Shown: positions 62,739-64,000 of the stretch, piece by piece | How positions within the stretch are numbered: position 1 is the first letter of the stretch | Layout: each line of letters opens with the position of its first letter | Origin: an uncultured archaeon | Lineage (GTDB): Archaea > Asgardarchaeota > Heimdallarchaeia > Heimdallarchaeales > Heimdallarchaeaceae | Assembly (NCBI GenBank): GCA_964534625.1 | Contig: CAZHRF010000012.1 | Span: 8,501-72,500, forward strand | Reading direction: 5' to 3' | Length of the DNA stretch: 64,000 nt | Made by a program: the position numbers and the translations under genes | The notes under the pieces: model-generated | Told to the model about the DNA's origin: nothing | What the model saw: the letters and a program-made list of their open reading frames with translations, nothing else | Database searches by the model: none

Positions 62739-63896
62739 TCATCTTCCTATTATTTTTCCGTTGTACATTTGAAATAGTATATCGTCTGTTTTTGCTCTCA
62801 GAGTAACAGCTTTTATTGCATTATCAACATATCTTGTATTTAAAGTGTCAAGATCAATTGCAATAAAATTTGCCTTAAATCCTTTTGAGATCTGTCCAAT
62901 GTTCTTTTTGAGTATCATACCGGGGGTGACAGTAATAGCTTTTAATACGTCAATAGGATCTAATATAACAGAATATAATAAACGTTGAAGTACTAAGGTA
63001 ACCCTCATCAACTCAAATGGGTCAGGTGATGATGTCATCACATTATCAGTTCCTAGAGCAAATAGTATACCCATCTTCTTTAATTGATTCAAATCTAGAA
63101 ATTTTAATCCATAATAAATACTTGAAAGAGGACAAACAACTATACTTACATTTTTTTTCTTAATCATATCCAGCTCTTCTTCTTCAAGATAGTTTCCATG
63201 AACAATAAAATCTAACTTTAATTTAGTTAAACTAGTTACAAGATCCGATTCACCCATTTCTTCAATATATTTTGAACGAAATGTATCGTCTTCTGAAACA
63301 TGAATTGAAACAATTTTTTGTGGAAACTGGTTCTTTATAACATTTATCGCCTTTGAAATCTCTTGATTTAAACCATACGCATCACATAAACCCATCCCAT
63401 CTCCTTTAAACATTATCTGTTTTATCTCATTTGGATTTTTTGATCTTCCAAGTATTATCTCTTGAATTGGATATTTTTGACTTTTCTCTTTTAGTACCTC
63501 TATTCCTTTCAGACCACCTTCTCTAAAATCCACAAAACTAGTAAAACCGTTTTTCACAAGTAAAGATAGTGAATTTTCTATGCTTGTCAATAATTTGTTT
63601 GTTGGACTATTTGCAAGCATTTGGTGTTTCAATCCTTTTTCCCCAACAACGGCATCTAAAGTATACCCATAGCCTTCTTCTTTAATAATGGCATCGGCTA
63701 CATGGGTATGACAATTAATAAATCCAGGTAAGAGAATCGATCTTTCTGGTAGAATATAATCACATGGAGACTTTTCATTTTCAGCCTCATTATATTCAAT
63801 TTCAGAGATACTATCATTATCAATAGTTATAGTACAATTCTTTTTTAGTGTTAATTTAGGTCCAATTAACGCAAGAGGAGCAAATATATTATACAC
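62739..63896 (-). CDS. Amidohydrolase superfamily metallo-deaminase (ATZ/TRZ-like)
   Basis: PGFINCHTH, DFREGG, HVSE, VHG, LGTDN; first gene of the run ending in cofG and cofH. Confidence 0.85.
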   Translation of the reverse strand: MYNIFAPLALIGPKLTLKKNCTITIDNDSISEIEYNEAENEKSPCDYILPERSILLPGFINCHTHVADAIIKEEGYGYTLDAVVGEKGLKHQMLANSPTNKLLTSIENSLSLLVKNGFTSFVDFREGGLKGIEVLKEKSQKYPIQEIILGRSKNPNEIKQIMFKGDGMGLCDAYGLNQEISKAINVIKNQFPQKIVSIHVSEDDTFRSKYIEEMGESDLVTSLTKLKLDFIVHGNYLEEEELDMIKKKNVSIVVCPLSSIYYGLKFLDLNQLKKMGILFALGTDNVMTSSPDPFELMRVTLVLQRLLYSVILDPIDVLKAITVTPGMILKKNIGQISKGFKANFIAIDLDTLNTRYVDNAIKAVTLRAKTDDILFQMYNGKIIGR

Positions 63897-64000
63897 ATGA
63901 ACTGGTTTCTATTTGACTATTAAATTATTATGGATAAGAAAAAAAACATAAACCTTAGAGTTCATCTCACTAATGTAATACTATTGACATACGGCACTTT

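Overview
AT-rich (roughly 30% GC by eye) archaeal chromosomal segment, most consistent with an Asgard archaeon (Heimdallarchaeia-like). Supporting signs are Rab-like small GTPases, longin/roadblock-like domains, a TPR-longin fusion, an archaeal class III pilin signal, C-terminally anchored surface proteins, and cofG/cofH and mptE. About 50 protein genes cover metal homeostasis (nikR, ferritin-like, ZIP), purine/pterin/deazaflavin metabolism (purH, PTPS-III-type QueD paralogue, mptE, an amidohydrolase-RibD_C-cofG-cofH operon), transport (MFS, ABC), a GH2 beta-galactosidase, several modifying enzymes, DNA/RNA processing (DUF1998 helicase, HhH-DEDD exonuclease, NYN-LOTUS RNase) and lineage-specific unknowns. 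I saw no rRNA, tRNA or CRISPR array. The most notable observations are: (1) an amidohydrolase positioned to be the unassigned archaeal riboflavin/F420 precursor deaminase; (2) a ~350 bp TnpB 3'-end plus hairpin mini-element missed by the ORF track; (3) a stand-alone type I PKS/FAS-like ketosynthase behind a perfect 20-bp palindrome and a duplicated TATA unit; (4) a circularly permuted family 5 solute-binding protein; (5) a tandem-expanded family of unknown ~590-aa helical proteins; (6) a wHTH-pseudoGTPase fusion; (7) an IS110-like remnant. All calls come from motif recognition by eye; no database searches were run.
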